A stretch of DNA of 64,000 nucleotides, from the IMG/VR virus record IMGVR_UViG_3300012920_000025, positions 1 to 64,000 of that record, one strand, 5' to 3'. The translations under genes and the position numbers were made by a program. Positions within the stretch are counted from its first letter, which is position 1, and each line of letters starts with the position of its first letter. Shown piece by piece: positions 7,701 to 17,700 of this stretch. The notes under the pieces were generated by a model. The model had not been told where the DNA came from. It worked only from the letters and a program-made list of their open reading frames with translations, and did no database searches. The stretch comes from a virus.

Positions 7701-10173
7701 TCCTTTAAAGTCGACTTTGTCAAACGCTGGATCTGCGACAACTGGTAATGGATTTTTGATAGACAATAGAACTCTTGCAAGTAGTAACTTGAGTGAGAAG
7801 TTTCACGACGAAACGTTTAGAAAAGTATCGTCTTCCTATGACGCTCAGGCAGATGTAACCAATGGATCTAATACTTGGAACTCGCAAACTCATATGCTCG
7901 CACCAAACACTGCATTTGCAGACGGACTCCTCTTTTTCAACCAAAGACTTTACAGTCCAATCGATGGCGATGTTCCTAATGGTGGTAATTTTAGCGGCAT
8001 TTCAAATGTTGCTGCAGGGCAACCAGATTATTCTTCTGTGACTGGCACAAGAACATTTTTTAGAGCAGTTCAAAACAAGACTGGTGCTACAAAGAGAGAC
8101 ATGAAGATCGAGACAACTAAAAATAGCACTACCTTTGATGCAAATGCACTTGCTGCAGCAAACGCTCACTTATATGTAAAAATCCCAGGAAGCACAGGTT
8201 GGATGGATGCTTCTCAAAACTTTGTATATGGAGAAGTCACTACCGATGACGGTGCCCTGATATCAGGCGCTACAAATGATGTAGACAGTGGTAACAACAC
8301 ACACCACTTAACATTCGGATTGGCATCTGTTGCAAACAACGAATATGTCATGGTGAAGATTGAGGCAGATGAGAGTTGGGCAGGATATATATCCCAGATG
8401 GATTTTACCATCGGCGCAACAAGCAACACTGCAAACAGCGCCCCTGAACTAGATGATATAGACGCAAATGATACAGGATTAAACGACGCTCGATTATCTT
8501 TTGGAACTTCGCACACAATTCCAAACTACTCTGATGTTACTGGTTCTGGCATTGGTCTATCAGATTTTAACACCAATGGTTACTATAGTGTTAGTGGCGA
8601 CAGACGCGGCGTATTTAGTGCTTTCGCCGTCATTGATGGAGAACTAAATGAGGATGTAGCGTCAAGTGGAAACAATTATCCAACCAATGCTTTCAATGAT
8701 GCACTTGATGGGTCTCTTGTTTTGGAGGTTAACGGAAATGAAGTACATACTACGGATATATCAGACACAATAAATGCAAAGTCTAATAACTTTAATGGAA
8801 ATAGTTCAGGGTTCAGTGTCTCTTCTGTGAACTGGAGCACAACAGTGGATAACATCCCTGATTATACTAAACCATATAGAACTGGCACGTATCAGATTGG
8901 CACTGCAGATCAAAGACTCGGTTGGAACTATGCAAGAGTTATACACAGGAAAGCGGGAGGTGATGTAAATACAAATTATGTAGAGTGGGTTGTGGATACT
9001 GATTCGAATGCTTTATCCTCTGCTGACGTAGTATTCAATAATTTCTATCACACCGACGTATTCAAACAGTCAGGAGTTGGGTACTTTTCATCTAGACCAA
9101 CTGCATCTTTTGAGTACAGAGCGTCAAACGTGTATAGAAATGTCCATCAGAATGGTAATGCAATATCATTCCCGACTACGACTAACTGTTCTATCTCAAA
9201 CATCAGAGTGTCAGGGTCCGGTGTTACTACAAAGTCCGTTGCTGCAGCGACCACTAGTTTGGCAGACCTCAATAATGTAGGAAATTGTCACATTAAGGAT
9301 ATAGAAGTTTCAGGAACTGCATTGTTTGACAATCTAACTTCAATAGTGGAAGAGTTCGATGTTCACAACTCTCACAATGTAACTGTATCTTCTAGGATTA
9401 TACACCCGCACAAAGCAACCCTTAACGTATCATCCGTAACAAAGTCAAACTTAATGGTGTACAATGGAACACTAGGGAGTACAAATGCGAATACGAATGA
9501 ATACTTTAATAGAGAAGATTACAGAATTATCTCAGGCACATATAATAACCAAGCAGATCCTCCAGCAGGCGGCAATGCGTGGAACGCTAACCTATCTGTT
9601 AATGACAACGGAAATCACCCATCACATGCTGATGGTTTGGTGTTTGTTAATGGATATTTAATGTCACCAAAAAAGGTTGGCGTTGCAGGAGATACAAGAA
9701 ATATAGACGACGGTGGGACTTTGCAGGCACCAGCAGGCAATCCCAACTACAGCACCCTAACGATAAGCACAAGAACGTTCGTAAGACACTTCCAGAACAA
9801 TACTAGTAACGACAGAAGCAGCATTACTATAACTCTTTATGGTAGTGGTGCACTAGTTAAAAGAGCGACGTCTTTAGGGGCGAATGGAAATTTTTATTTA
9901 GATGCGAAGATACCCGGAAAAACAGCATGGTTGGATGTGGGCACTGCCTATTCCAGCAATAACCCAAGTACAGATGGAGCAGGTGCACTAGACGGTGCAG
10001 ATCCTGGAAATCCATCTATCACTATAGCACCAGGTGGGACTGGCGTAGTTTGCAATTTTAACGGGGAGTCTTTGCTTGGAACTGGCGGCGGTTCTGAGTA
10101 CATAGTTCTTAGAATCACTGCTGATGAAAACTGGTCAGGTTATTTAACCAGGATTCAGGTTGCATATAGTTAA
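4789..10173 (+). CDS. gp15-like domain (copy 2) fused to collagen-like repeats, SGS repeats and two tandem ~560-aa beta-rich domains (large fibre/appendage)
   Basis: N-terminal ~270 aa are a clear paralog of 3934..4779; GPEGPPGPAGATG; duplicated GWNYARVIH-containing domains. Confidence 0.75.
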   Translation: MVKKPTKPRRIEDRPFPRSTMETIDTALNRFIDETLDINCVTTTGFRKVPVIWSSAERMYQSKSDQRIRDKEGALVMPLITIERTGVVKDPSRKGTVYANIPPIDKVKGGSIQVSRKINQGKTSNFENAHSKRKRGQLNFPGQPSGKTVYQTLTIPLPVYVTVQYEITLRSEYQEQMNQMLTPFITRPGGINYVIIEEGRLRYEAFVQEDFAQNNNIRNFSNEERKFETKIRIEVLGWLTSQDKNSLQPDYAVREGVVEVKIPRERIALADELATANGRLYGLEGIKPNARFRKAQDQDDPISTFGPVSVPGLPVAASSAGTESGTRGPEGPPGPAGATGAQGVSVSTVTINVSNELIITLSDGTVFNLGNVKGDTGAQGPAGADGADGTTPSLDAISGSTLTYHNLSGSSLTLNLLNSDRAAINDFDFTSLSGSTGTIHNLSSSAITSNLLDTDRVLAGDLDVTSIGATGDLSFTGLSSGTPVEGKYLALDASNNVILAAATAESANFTTISGSSLTYHNMSGSTLDLNLLDSDRIEVNDLSGSTGTIHNLSSSIVTSNLLDADRLEARDITGTGEVTLTGLSSGTPVSGKFLALDSSDNVILTAGGGGGGGDGTIGAAEDGTYTDGLFTDFVSSTPIGTPIDRFNEVLKILAPSPAPDLSSILHNISNGTTAKLSFGSSQTVPHYSSSATAAGFSAIDINGSYAPGNSDRNLRLGIYDGTQDITGILNDNVAASITNGYVAYASGAYGNAEVGTLKLEVNGNIIHSIDLSGFNGIGAPGSGTDSDLNAETSGFTNTSLTASSFDGNNAEWFIFKHRTGRFKVDVNSMVPGWNYARVIHTVGSTNKQTNFIEWINDPSGSQNNLAANNGRIEDITLIGSKYLSGVQYNTDATANYKVDISNLYQNVYQASGTPISFTVSNSTTPSAQSVPSINHAGGEDSTKTLSVTAGLDVNTDSLLNGAITANVTATHPLKSTLSNAGSATTGNGFLIDNRTLASSNLSEKFHDETFRKVSSSYDAQADVTNGSNTWNSQTHMLAPNTAFADGLLFFNQRLYSPIDGDVPNGGNFSGISNVAAGQPDYSSVTGTRTFFRAVQNKTGATKRDMKIETTKNSTTFDANALAAANAHLYVKIPGSTGWMDASQNFVYGEVTTDDGALISGATNDVDSGNNTHHLTFGLASVANNEYVMVKIEADESWAGYISQMDFTIGATSNTANSAPELDDIDANDTGLNDARLSFGTSHTIPNYSDVTGSGIGLSDFNTNGYYSVSGDRRGVFSAFAVIDGELNEDVASSGNNYPTNAFNDALDGSLVLEVNGNEVHTTDISDTINAKSNNFNGNSSGFSVSSVNWSTTVDNIPDYTKPYRTGTYQIGTADQRLGWNYARVIHRKAGGDVNTNYVEWVVDTDSNALSSADVVFNNFYHTDVFKQSGVGYFSSRPTASFEYRASNVYRNVHQNGNAISFPTTTNCSISNIRVSGSGVTTKSVAAATTSLADLNNVGNCHIKDIEVSGTALFDNLTSIVEEFDVHNSHNVTVSSRIIHPHKATLNVSSVTKSNLMVYNGTLGSTNANTNEYFNREDYRIISGTYNNQADPPAGGNAWNANLSVNDNGNHPSHADGLVFVNGYLMSPKKVGVAGDTRNIDDGGTLQAPAGNPNYSTLTISTRTFVRHFQNNTSNDRSSITITLYGSGALVKRATSLGANGNFYLDAKIPGKTAWLDVGTAYSSNNPSTDGAGALDGADPGNPSITIAPGGTGVVCNFNGESLLGTGGGSEYIVLRITADENWSGYLTRIQVAYS

Positions 10174-10183
10174 GGACTAGATT

Positions 10184-11605
10184 ATGGCGTTACCAGGTAC
10201 AGGATCTACAAATCAGAGTTTAACTTTTGCTGCTTCTAAAAAGGTTGCGGGTAAGGCACATACGTCAAATCTTAAAGAGATTTACAATGAAACCATTCCA
10301 TCTAACATCCAGATCAATACAAGCACTATTTTTGCAGAAGATATTCCACAGACGGTAACAAACGATACTGGGAGTCTGTACACAAGATTCAGTGCATCTT
10401 TGGGCGGCAACGTTGTGGTTGAGTATGTAGATTTTTGTGTCGAATCAATATCTGGTACAACATACGATGCGAATGATGGAACTTTCGGGGATGTTGGGTT
10501 TGGTGGCGGAGATGAAGCACAGTCTCCAGGTCCTCACGGATATCAACTTAAGTTAACTAGTAGTTATCAGGCACAATCAACAAACCCGAGCAAAGGTTCT
10601 GGGTTTTTAGTAAACAATCAAATAGTACACCAGAGCAACGGCGCACTACAACTTGTCAATCCTTTGTTTGGTCCACAAACGGGAAACAACTACGGATTAC
10701 AGTTGTTCACTGATCACCCTGATGATGGCGGACTTCAAATTCCAACAACAAGTCCAATAGAATTTTTAGTTGATTATTTTAATGGTGTTGTTTTTGTCCA
10801 AGACTTTAAAGCGTCCGCTGTTCCAAAATATGCTAGAGGTTTTATTTATATAGGTAAGTTTGCAAACACTGCAATATCGGAAGCAGGCGGTGGCGGCGAC
10901 ACTATATCGGGATCTCTGGCAACCTACCACAGGATGACCGGATCAACGGCAACATTTAACTTGGTTGATGCAGACAGAATGGATGCGGGTCAAGTAAAAG
11001 CAACAACTTTTTCAGGTTCTTTGCTGAAACTTTCAGATGGTTCAGATTATCTTATCGCTGGGAGCAATATAACCCTCTCAACGGGGTCAAACGGTTCCAT
11101 AACGATAAGTTCCACCGGCGGCGGCGGAATAGCAGATGTAGACAATATATCCGGGTCCTTCGCTACCTACAATGCTATTTCTGGCGCTGCCGGTGACTTT
11201 TATACCATAGATGCAGATAAGATAACAACGGGACATATCACTGCAAATAAGTTATCGGGGTCGCTCACCACACTATCAGATGGTTCAGACTACCTTATTG
11301 CAGGAGGTGGAATAACCCTGGCGACAGGATCAACGGGCGCTGTGACAATATCTACATCTGGAAGTATTTTAGATATAGAAAGGTATTTGGCAAACACATC
11401 ATTTCAGGAATCTCCAAACGGATCAAGGACAACCTTTACAGTTGCACAATCGTTTGTATTGGGAACTCAAATGGTTTTTAGGAGCGGTCTTTATATGACT
11501 CCAGGAGTGGGCAACGACTATACGATTACAAACAATACTACAATAGAATTCAGCGATCCACCAACTACAGGTGAAAATCTAAGAATAACTTATATAAGAA
11601 CATGA
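10184..11605 (+). CDS. Virion fibre/structural protein with SGS repeats
   Basis: Gly/Ser/Thr-rich; internal repeat LSDGSDYLIAG..ITL.TGS x2; C-terminal PNGSRTTFT..VFRSG..DYT..IEF..PP..GENLRITY small beta domain. Confidence 0.65.
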   Translation: MALPGTGSTNQSLTFAASKKVAGKAHTSNLKEIYNETIPSNIQINTSTIFAEDIPQTVTNDTGSLYTRFSASLGGNVVVEYVDFCVESISGTTYDANDGTFGDVGFGGGDEAQSPGPHGYQLKLTSSYQAQSTNPSKGSGFLVNNQIVHQSNGALQLVNPLFGPQTGNNYGLQLFTDHPDDGGLQIPTTSPIEFLVDYFNGVVFVQDFKASAVPKYARGFIYIGKFANTAISEAGGGGDTISGSLATYHRMTGSTATFNLVDADRMDAGQVKATTFSGSLLKLSDGSDYLIAGSNITLSTGSNGSITISSTGGGGIADVDNISGSFATYNAISGAAGDFYTIDADKITTGHITANKLSGSLTTLSDGSDYLIAGGGITLATGSTGAVTISTSGSILDIERYLANTSFQESPNGSRTTFTVAQSFVLGTQMVFRSGLYMTPGVGNDYTITNNTTIEFSDPPTTGENLRITYIRT

Positions 11606-11665
11606 AAAAGGGGACTATTTATACAAGTGATTGTTTACACATTTTGTTACAGGAGGTTAAGATAA

Positions 11666-12091
11666 ATGTCAGTTTTAAATAAATTGCTAAACATGCTGGA
11701 TGAACTAAAGGAAGAAAATCCAGAACTTGCAAACAAAGCGCTTCTTGCTGCGGAGACACTCAAAGCAGGTGTTGATCCGGAGGAATTAGAAGACGAAGAA
11801 TGGGAAGAGGAAGAGTTTGATGATTCATACGTCGAGATTTCAGAAGACGATACACAACACTTTTTGAGATTAAGGGAAAGGATGAAAGAATCTACAGCAG
11901 AATATGGCATCTATATGAGAGATCATGAAGTAAAGAAAAATCTTATGCTGGAAGAGATTGAGAATGTTAGGCAGAAAAATGAAGATATCGTGGGTATTCT
12001 TAGAGAAAAATATGGACTAGACCCAGATTCTGTTTACTCTATGGAAATAAACAGTGATGGTTCTGGAAATATTGTTTTTGTTAAACAGTAG
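11666..12091 (+). CDS. Acidic coiled-coil hypothetical protein (possible fibre chaperone)
   Basis: SD AGGAGG; late motif at 11615. Confidence 0.6.
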   Translation: MSVLNKLLNMLDELKEENPELANKALLAAETLKAGVDPEELEDEEWEEEEFDDSYVEISEDDTQHFLRLRERMKESTAEYGIYMRDHEVKKNLMLEEIENVRQKNEDIVGILREKYGLDPDSVYSMEINSDGSGNIVFVKQ

Positions 12092-12124
12092 GCACTATTT
12101 ATAGGGAGAGAGGTATAATATAAT

Positions 12125-12340
12125 ATGAATTTTACAACATCTGATATAGGAATCGCCGCTTACTTACAGTTAAAGGGTATTAACCTGATTAGATGTAGGC
12201 GACTAGATTCAGGAAAGTTTCATTTTGAGTTTGATGATAGGTTAAGTGAGTGCCAAGCTCTTTCGTTAGAGTTTTTGAATAGTGAGTTCTGCAAGTTTGA
12301 TAACAATGTTAGAAATCTAAAGAAGGTTCTCTTCTCTTAA
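12125..12340 (+). CDS. Small protein, DUF5659-like
   Basis: F.TSDIGIAAYL..KG......GKFHFEF pattern; late motif at 12095. Confidence 0.5.
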   Translation: MNFTTSDIGIAAYLQLKGINLIRCRRLDSGKFHFEFDDRLSECQALSLEFLNSEFCKFDNNVRNLKKVLFS

Positions 12341-12409
12341 ACCAGTCTGTTTTGAGTACTGTTTGGTTTTCGTTAATAAAAAAATAAAACATTTAAAGGA
12401 GCAAACATA

Positions 12410-14683
12410 ATGGCTAAAACAAAAATTGGCACAAAACTATTAGCGGATAGTGCGATTACTACAGCAAAACTCGCAACATCCAACGTAACCAGAGATAAGA
12501 TTCAGTCTGGTTCAGTTCAGGTAGGTCACTTGGACCTATTTCAAGCAAGAAACGACATTGCACATCTTGAGGATGCGGACGTATTAATCGTATCTGCATC
12601 TAAGGGCAACGGTGGTGGCATGAGAACTGTCACATTCGCACACCTCAAGGCAGCAGTCTCAGCATCAAATGCTGCAGTTGGTGACCCAGGACATATTCAG
12701 TTCCACGGCGCTGGCGGCACAAATGCAATGGATGCGATTTCAAAGATTCGTTCAGACGGTGTTCACTTGACAGCATCTGACGGCGGTAAGGTAGTATTTG
12801 CTTTTACGGACATCTCAGGATCAACAGGTGAACTTTTTGCAGACTCCAAAACAGGCGTTACTCTTAATGCAAAAACTACCCTATCATTCAACATTAACGG
12901 TTCGGATGAATTAGAACTCAACGCTACAACACTTCAACCAGCAGCAGATGAGGGTCTTTCTCTCGGCGCAGCAGGTAGAAGATTTAGTACTGCATATGCA
13001 ACCGCTTTCTCCGGTTCCGGCACCTCAACTTTACACAAGTTGGATGCAGATGAGGTTGATTCTAGAAAGTTGATCGCAACAACAATCACTGGTTCTGGCA
13101 CGACAACTGTTCACAAGTTAGACGCAGACGATGCTACATTTAACGTTGTTAAGACCACAAATCTTTCTGCTTCTGCAACAGCGCAGATTCATAAGTTAGA
13201 TTCTGATCTAGGTACAATCGACAGAGTCCAGGCGCTTGTTGTAACTGGTTCTGGCACATCTCAGATTCACAAGTTGGATTCTGACCTTGGTACTATCGAT
13301 AGGGTTCAGGCACTTGTTGTGACTGGTTCCGGAACGTCTCTTTTCCACAAACTAGACGTCGACGAAGGTACGTTTGGCAAAGTTGTTACAACAAACCTCA
13401 CATCTTCTGGACTTTCACAGTTCCACAACATTGTGGCGAGCGATATTTCAGGTACAATCGGTGAGTTTACAGATTTGACTGTTGATGTACTTAATGCAAG
13501 AACATATAAGTCAACTATTACAACTTCTGAGCACTTTGAGATTGTTTCAAAGCAAATTATTGCAGCGGTATCTCAATCTGCTGGAGCACCAGTCGAGGGC
13601 GCAGGTCTTCAGATTGGTGGTACTGCCGGTTCAGGTTCTGCTGGCATTGCAAGCGTTATCGTTGGCGATGCTGGAGGTGGCGCAGGTGCAGATCTTATCT
13701 TTAAGATTGGTTCAACCCAGGGTCTTTCACTGTCTGCTACTGGCGGCAGAAAAGATGATGCAGTTCTTTTCGGTGTATCCGGTACACTTTCAGCATCCGT
13801 GGGTATCTTTCAAGAAATCGATGTTGCTAGAGGTTTGAATGCAAATTCTTTCTCGGGTTCAGCAGGAACGTTCCACACAGTTTCGGGTTCTAACCTAACT
13901 GTGCACTTGTTGGATGCTGATGAGGCACAACTTGCAAGCGTCTCTGGATCAAGTGCAACCTACAATGTGGTGTCTGGTTCGAACATTACGGTTCACTCTC
14001 TAGATGCAGATAAGGGTCGCATTTCAGACTTGTCTGGTTCTTCGGCAACATACCACACAGTTTCTGGATCTACAGTAACTGTGAATCTTCTTGATGCTGA
14101 TAGAGCGGCAATCAATGATCTAGATGTGGTTACGATTTCTGGTTCTAAGACCTCGACAATACACAAGGTGACCACAGATCACTTGTCAAGTTCTACAATC
14201 CAGGCACACAAAGTAACTGCGGATAAGGTGTTAGTATCATCATTCACTGGTGATGATGTTATCCACGCAGCAAACCTAAACAGGGACATTGTTTATGATG
14301 TAGACAATGGTCACGGCGGTCTTAGTTTTGCAAATGGTGTTTTGAGTATCGGACATAGACGACAGGTGTTCTCAAGAGACGCAACAGTTGCAAATAGAGC
14401 AGCAGCGCCTACGCAAGGTTCTGGTTCACTATTTACCACAGCGTCACTTGCAGCAGATGCAGCATCGAACCCGACAATTATTATGTCTGGTTCTGAGATG
14501 GTATACCTAAATGGTGTACTTCTTATCCCTGCACCAGCAACGCAGCGTCCACCAGTTGATGGTGACTACACTATCGATTATAACCCTTCAAATGGTCCTG
14601 TGACCATTGAGTTGCACGAGACACTCAGTATGGACTCTGACGATATTCTTGTTGTTCAGTATCTTTCTGGTACGATCTCATAA
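12410..14683 (+). CDS. Fibre-like structural protein, SGS/TGS beta-repeat (paralog A)
   Basis: ADSAITTAKLA N-terminal repeat, many [ST]GS-x(4,5)-H repeats, C-terminal VYLNG..DY..DDILVVQY. Confidence 0.7.
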   Translation: MAKTKIGTKLLADSAITTAKLATSNVTRDKIQSGSVQVGHLDLFQARNDIAHLEDADVLIVSASKGNGGGMRTVTFAHLKAAVSASNAAVGDPGHIQFHGAGGTNAMDAISKIRSDGVHLTASDGGKVVFAFTDISGSTGELFADSKTGVTLNAKTTLSFNINGSDELELNATTLQPAADEGLSLGAAGRRFSTAYATAFSGSGTSTLHKLDADEVDSRKLIATTITGSGTTTVHKLDADDATFNVVKTTNLSASATAQIHKLDSDLGTIDRVQALVVTGSGTSQIHKLDSDLGTIDRVQALVVTGSGTSLFHKLDVDEGTFGKVVTTNLTSSGLSQFHNIVASDISGTIGEFTDLTVDVLNARTYKSTITTSEHFEIVSKQIIAAVSQSAGAPVEGAGLQIGGTAGSGSAGIASVIVGDAGGGAGADLIFKIGSTQGLSLSATGGRKDDAVLFGVSGTLSASVGIFQEIDVARGLNANSFSGSAGTFHTVSGSNLTVHLLDADEAQLASVSGSSATYNVVSGSNITVHSLDADKGRISDLSGSSATYHTVSGSTVTVNLLDADRAAINDLDVVTISGSKTSTIHKVTTDHLSSSTIQAHKVTADKVLVSSFTGDDVIHAANLNRDIVYDVDNGHGGLSFANGVLSIGHRRQVFSRDATVANRAAAPTQGSGSLFTTASLAADAASNPTIIMSGSEMVYLNGVLLIPAPATQRPPVDGDYTIDYNPSNGPVTIELHETLSMDSDDILVVQYLSGTIS
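13184..13339 (+). repeat. Tandem 78-bp coding repeat (26 aa x2)
   Basis: QIHKLDSDLGTIDRVQALVVTGSGTS twice; protein-identical, synonymously diverged. Confidence 0.85.
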
Positions 14684-14696
14684 GACAGTTTGTTTT

Positions 14697-14730
14697 GAGG
14701 GGGGGAAACCCCCCTCGTTTTTGTTCTTTT
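14697..14730 (+). terminator. Rho-independent terminator
   Basis: G-run/AAA/C-run hairpin (GAGGGGGG...CCCCCCTC) followed by a T tract. Confidence 0.88.
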
Positions 14731-14765
14731 GTTTATCTAAAACAAAATCAATAGGAGGTTGCTAA

Positions 14766-17700
14766 ATGGCAATAACAAAAATAGGTACCAAACTAATAGG
14801 AGATGGTACGATAACAACAGTTAAGTTAGGCACGAGCGCAGTTACGAGAACAGATATTCAGTCAGGGTCCGTACAGGTAACTCACTTGGATGTTACTCAA
14901 GGTGCTGGAGGTCACGTTGACTTTCTCGACGATGACTTTTTAATTGCAGGTGATGCAACAGACTCAAGCGCTAAAAGTTTTAGTTTCAGTCAGTTGAAGA
15001 CAGCGCTTTCTTTATCCAACGCCGCGAGAGGCGATGAAGGCACTGTTCAATTTAACAATGGTTCTGGTTTCGATGGTATTTCCAAGATCAGGTCAGATGG
15101 CGTGCATCTCACTGCTTCAGACGGCGGCAAGATTGTACTTGCTTTTACTGACATCTCAGGATCTACAGGTGAAATCTTTGCAGATTCAAAAACAGGACTT
15201 ACATTGTCGGCAAAGACCAGACTTTCACTTCACTCAAGTGGGACAGTGCAGGGTAATCAATCCGGTTCTGTTGAACTTCGTGCTGATGGTCTTTTCCCGT
15301 CACCAAAACCACAAGTTGCTGCACAACCAGGAACTTTTAGGATTCAGTTCACTTCAGGTTCTATCGGACCACAATCAAGTGGCAATCCAAAGACTTATGG
15401 ACCTTTGAAGGAGTACAGTGCACAGATGGTTTCTGTGTTAAGCACAGGTTCAGGCGCAAGTCTTGGTAAAGAGTGGTACTTATTTTACCTTAATCAGGCA
15501 TCAAGTCCTTCACCGATTCCAATCAGTGCGAGTTTGAATCTTGAATACAATGACGTCGCACCTGGAAAGAGGAGGCACGACATATCGGTTGAAGCAGTTA
15601 GTGGTATCACCGACTGGCGCGATGTTGTTGCAAATCTTTACACTGCAATGAATACAGAATTAGACACAAACGCTGATGTTGCAACAGTTGCACTTAGTAC
15701 TGCTGCAAACATTAATGCCACTGCTTCAATCACGGTGACTTACAAGGCAGGCACAATGCAGGGTGCAGTCGCTGTAGGTACAGGCGGTCAAGGAATTTCA
15801 CCTAATGGTTCTGGGTTTGGTCGTGGTACTTCTGCCGGCGGACTATCACCCTCATCACCGTTTGATGAAACGCCACCATCGAATAACCCAGCACCTATTG
15901 AAGGGCAGTTCCAGCAAGATAATCATGACTACAAGCAATCTGGTGAACCAGATACGTCAGGCGGCGAGATGATTGTTGTGGCATCTGGTTCTACAGCACA
16001 GGATCGTGATGAGGTTTGGTTAAACCTTGGTGCATCTTCAACAAAGTATAACGAAGTTTATGCTAGTGTTATCTCTGGGTCTGGTACTGCACAACTTCAC
16101 AAAGTTGATGCTGACGAAGTAACAGCAAATAGGATTGTACAATCTACGAAAGAAACCGAGTTATCTGGTTCTGGTACTGCATCCCTTCATAACCTTTCGG
16201 TTGAAGAAGGTACGTTCGGCGGAGTTAAGTTCTCTTCTGTAAGAGATTCAGCAGCGTATGCAGCAACTGGGTCCGGCACTGCAAACCTTCACAAGATCGA
16301 CGCAGATTTGGGTACGATTGATAGAGTAAGTGCTCTTGTTGTAACTGGGTCTGGTGTTTCGCAGATTCACAAGATTGATGCCGATTTGGGTACAATCGAC
16401 AGAGTAAGTTCTCTTGTTGTAACTGGTTCTGGAACCTCGCTTTTTCACAAGTTGGATGTAGATGAGGGTGATTTTAGAAAAGTTATCTCAACTAATGTAA
16501 CTTCTTCTGGACTTGCACAACTCCACAATATGGTTGCTTCTGATGTTTCCGGCGCAGTTGGTGAATTTAATCAACTCAACGTAGATCACTTGAATGCGAG
16601 AGTTATCAACTCTACAACAGATACTGTTGAGCATTTTGAAGTAAACGTGAAACAACTTATTCCAGCAGTAAGTCAGTCTGCAGGAGCATCGCAAGAAGGT
16701 GCTGGTCTTCAGATCGGCGGGACAGCAGGAAGTGGTTCAGCGGGTATTGCGAGCGTTATTCTCGGCGATGCAGGTTCTGGTGCAGGTGCTGACCTTCTAT
16801 TTAAGGTTGGTTCGGTACAGGGTGCATCTTTAAGTGGATCGGCAAACGAACCACTGCAGAGATTTGGCGTAAGTGGGTCTATTTCAGGATCTATTGGGGT
16901 TTTCCACGAGATCACGATCAATAAGAGCATGGGTGCTCAAGACTCAATATTCAGTGGTTCAAGTCTTAATGCACATTTGCTTTCAGGATCTACCGGAAAT
17001 GCACACTTTGTCGATGTAAATCGTGCAGAAGTAGCAGATATCTCAGGTTCTACCATGACTTATCATACAATAACTGGTTCTGAGGTGAATGCACATAGAG
17101 TCACTGGCGACGTTGTTTTGATCGCAGATGTATCTGGTTCAAATGCAGTATACCAGACATTGTCTGGTTCGACTTTGACCGCAAACTTGCTAGACGCGGA
17201 TAGATTAACGGCAGATGTTGACGTTGCTGGTGCAATATCGGGTTCTGCGTTATCTACACTTCATAAGTTGACTTCAGACAACTTATCAGGTTCTCACATT
17301 CAAGTTCACGGACTAGGACAGTATGATCGTATTGACAATCTTGTTGTTAAGGACCTGCAGGGTGATGACGTTATCAAGAAAGCAAGTTTAAATAATGACA
17401 TTGTCAAAAACAACAGCGGCATTCATGGCGGTATTGTCTTCAACAATGGTCAGTTGAGCGTGGGTTGGAAGAGAAGAATCTTCTCAAGATCTACAAGGAA
17501 ACTTGTTAACAGAGCACAACCAACACAAGGTTCAGGATCTCTCTATACGACTTGTTCTTTGAGTGAGATAAGAGTGTTGTCTGGTTCTGAGATGGTTTAC
17601 TTTAATGGTCTACTTCTCGCAAAGAGTAACGCTAATCAGGCAACCTACAAGAAGGATGGTGATTATCGTATTGACTATAACAGTGGTGGTGGTTTGCAAC

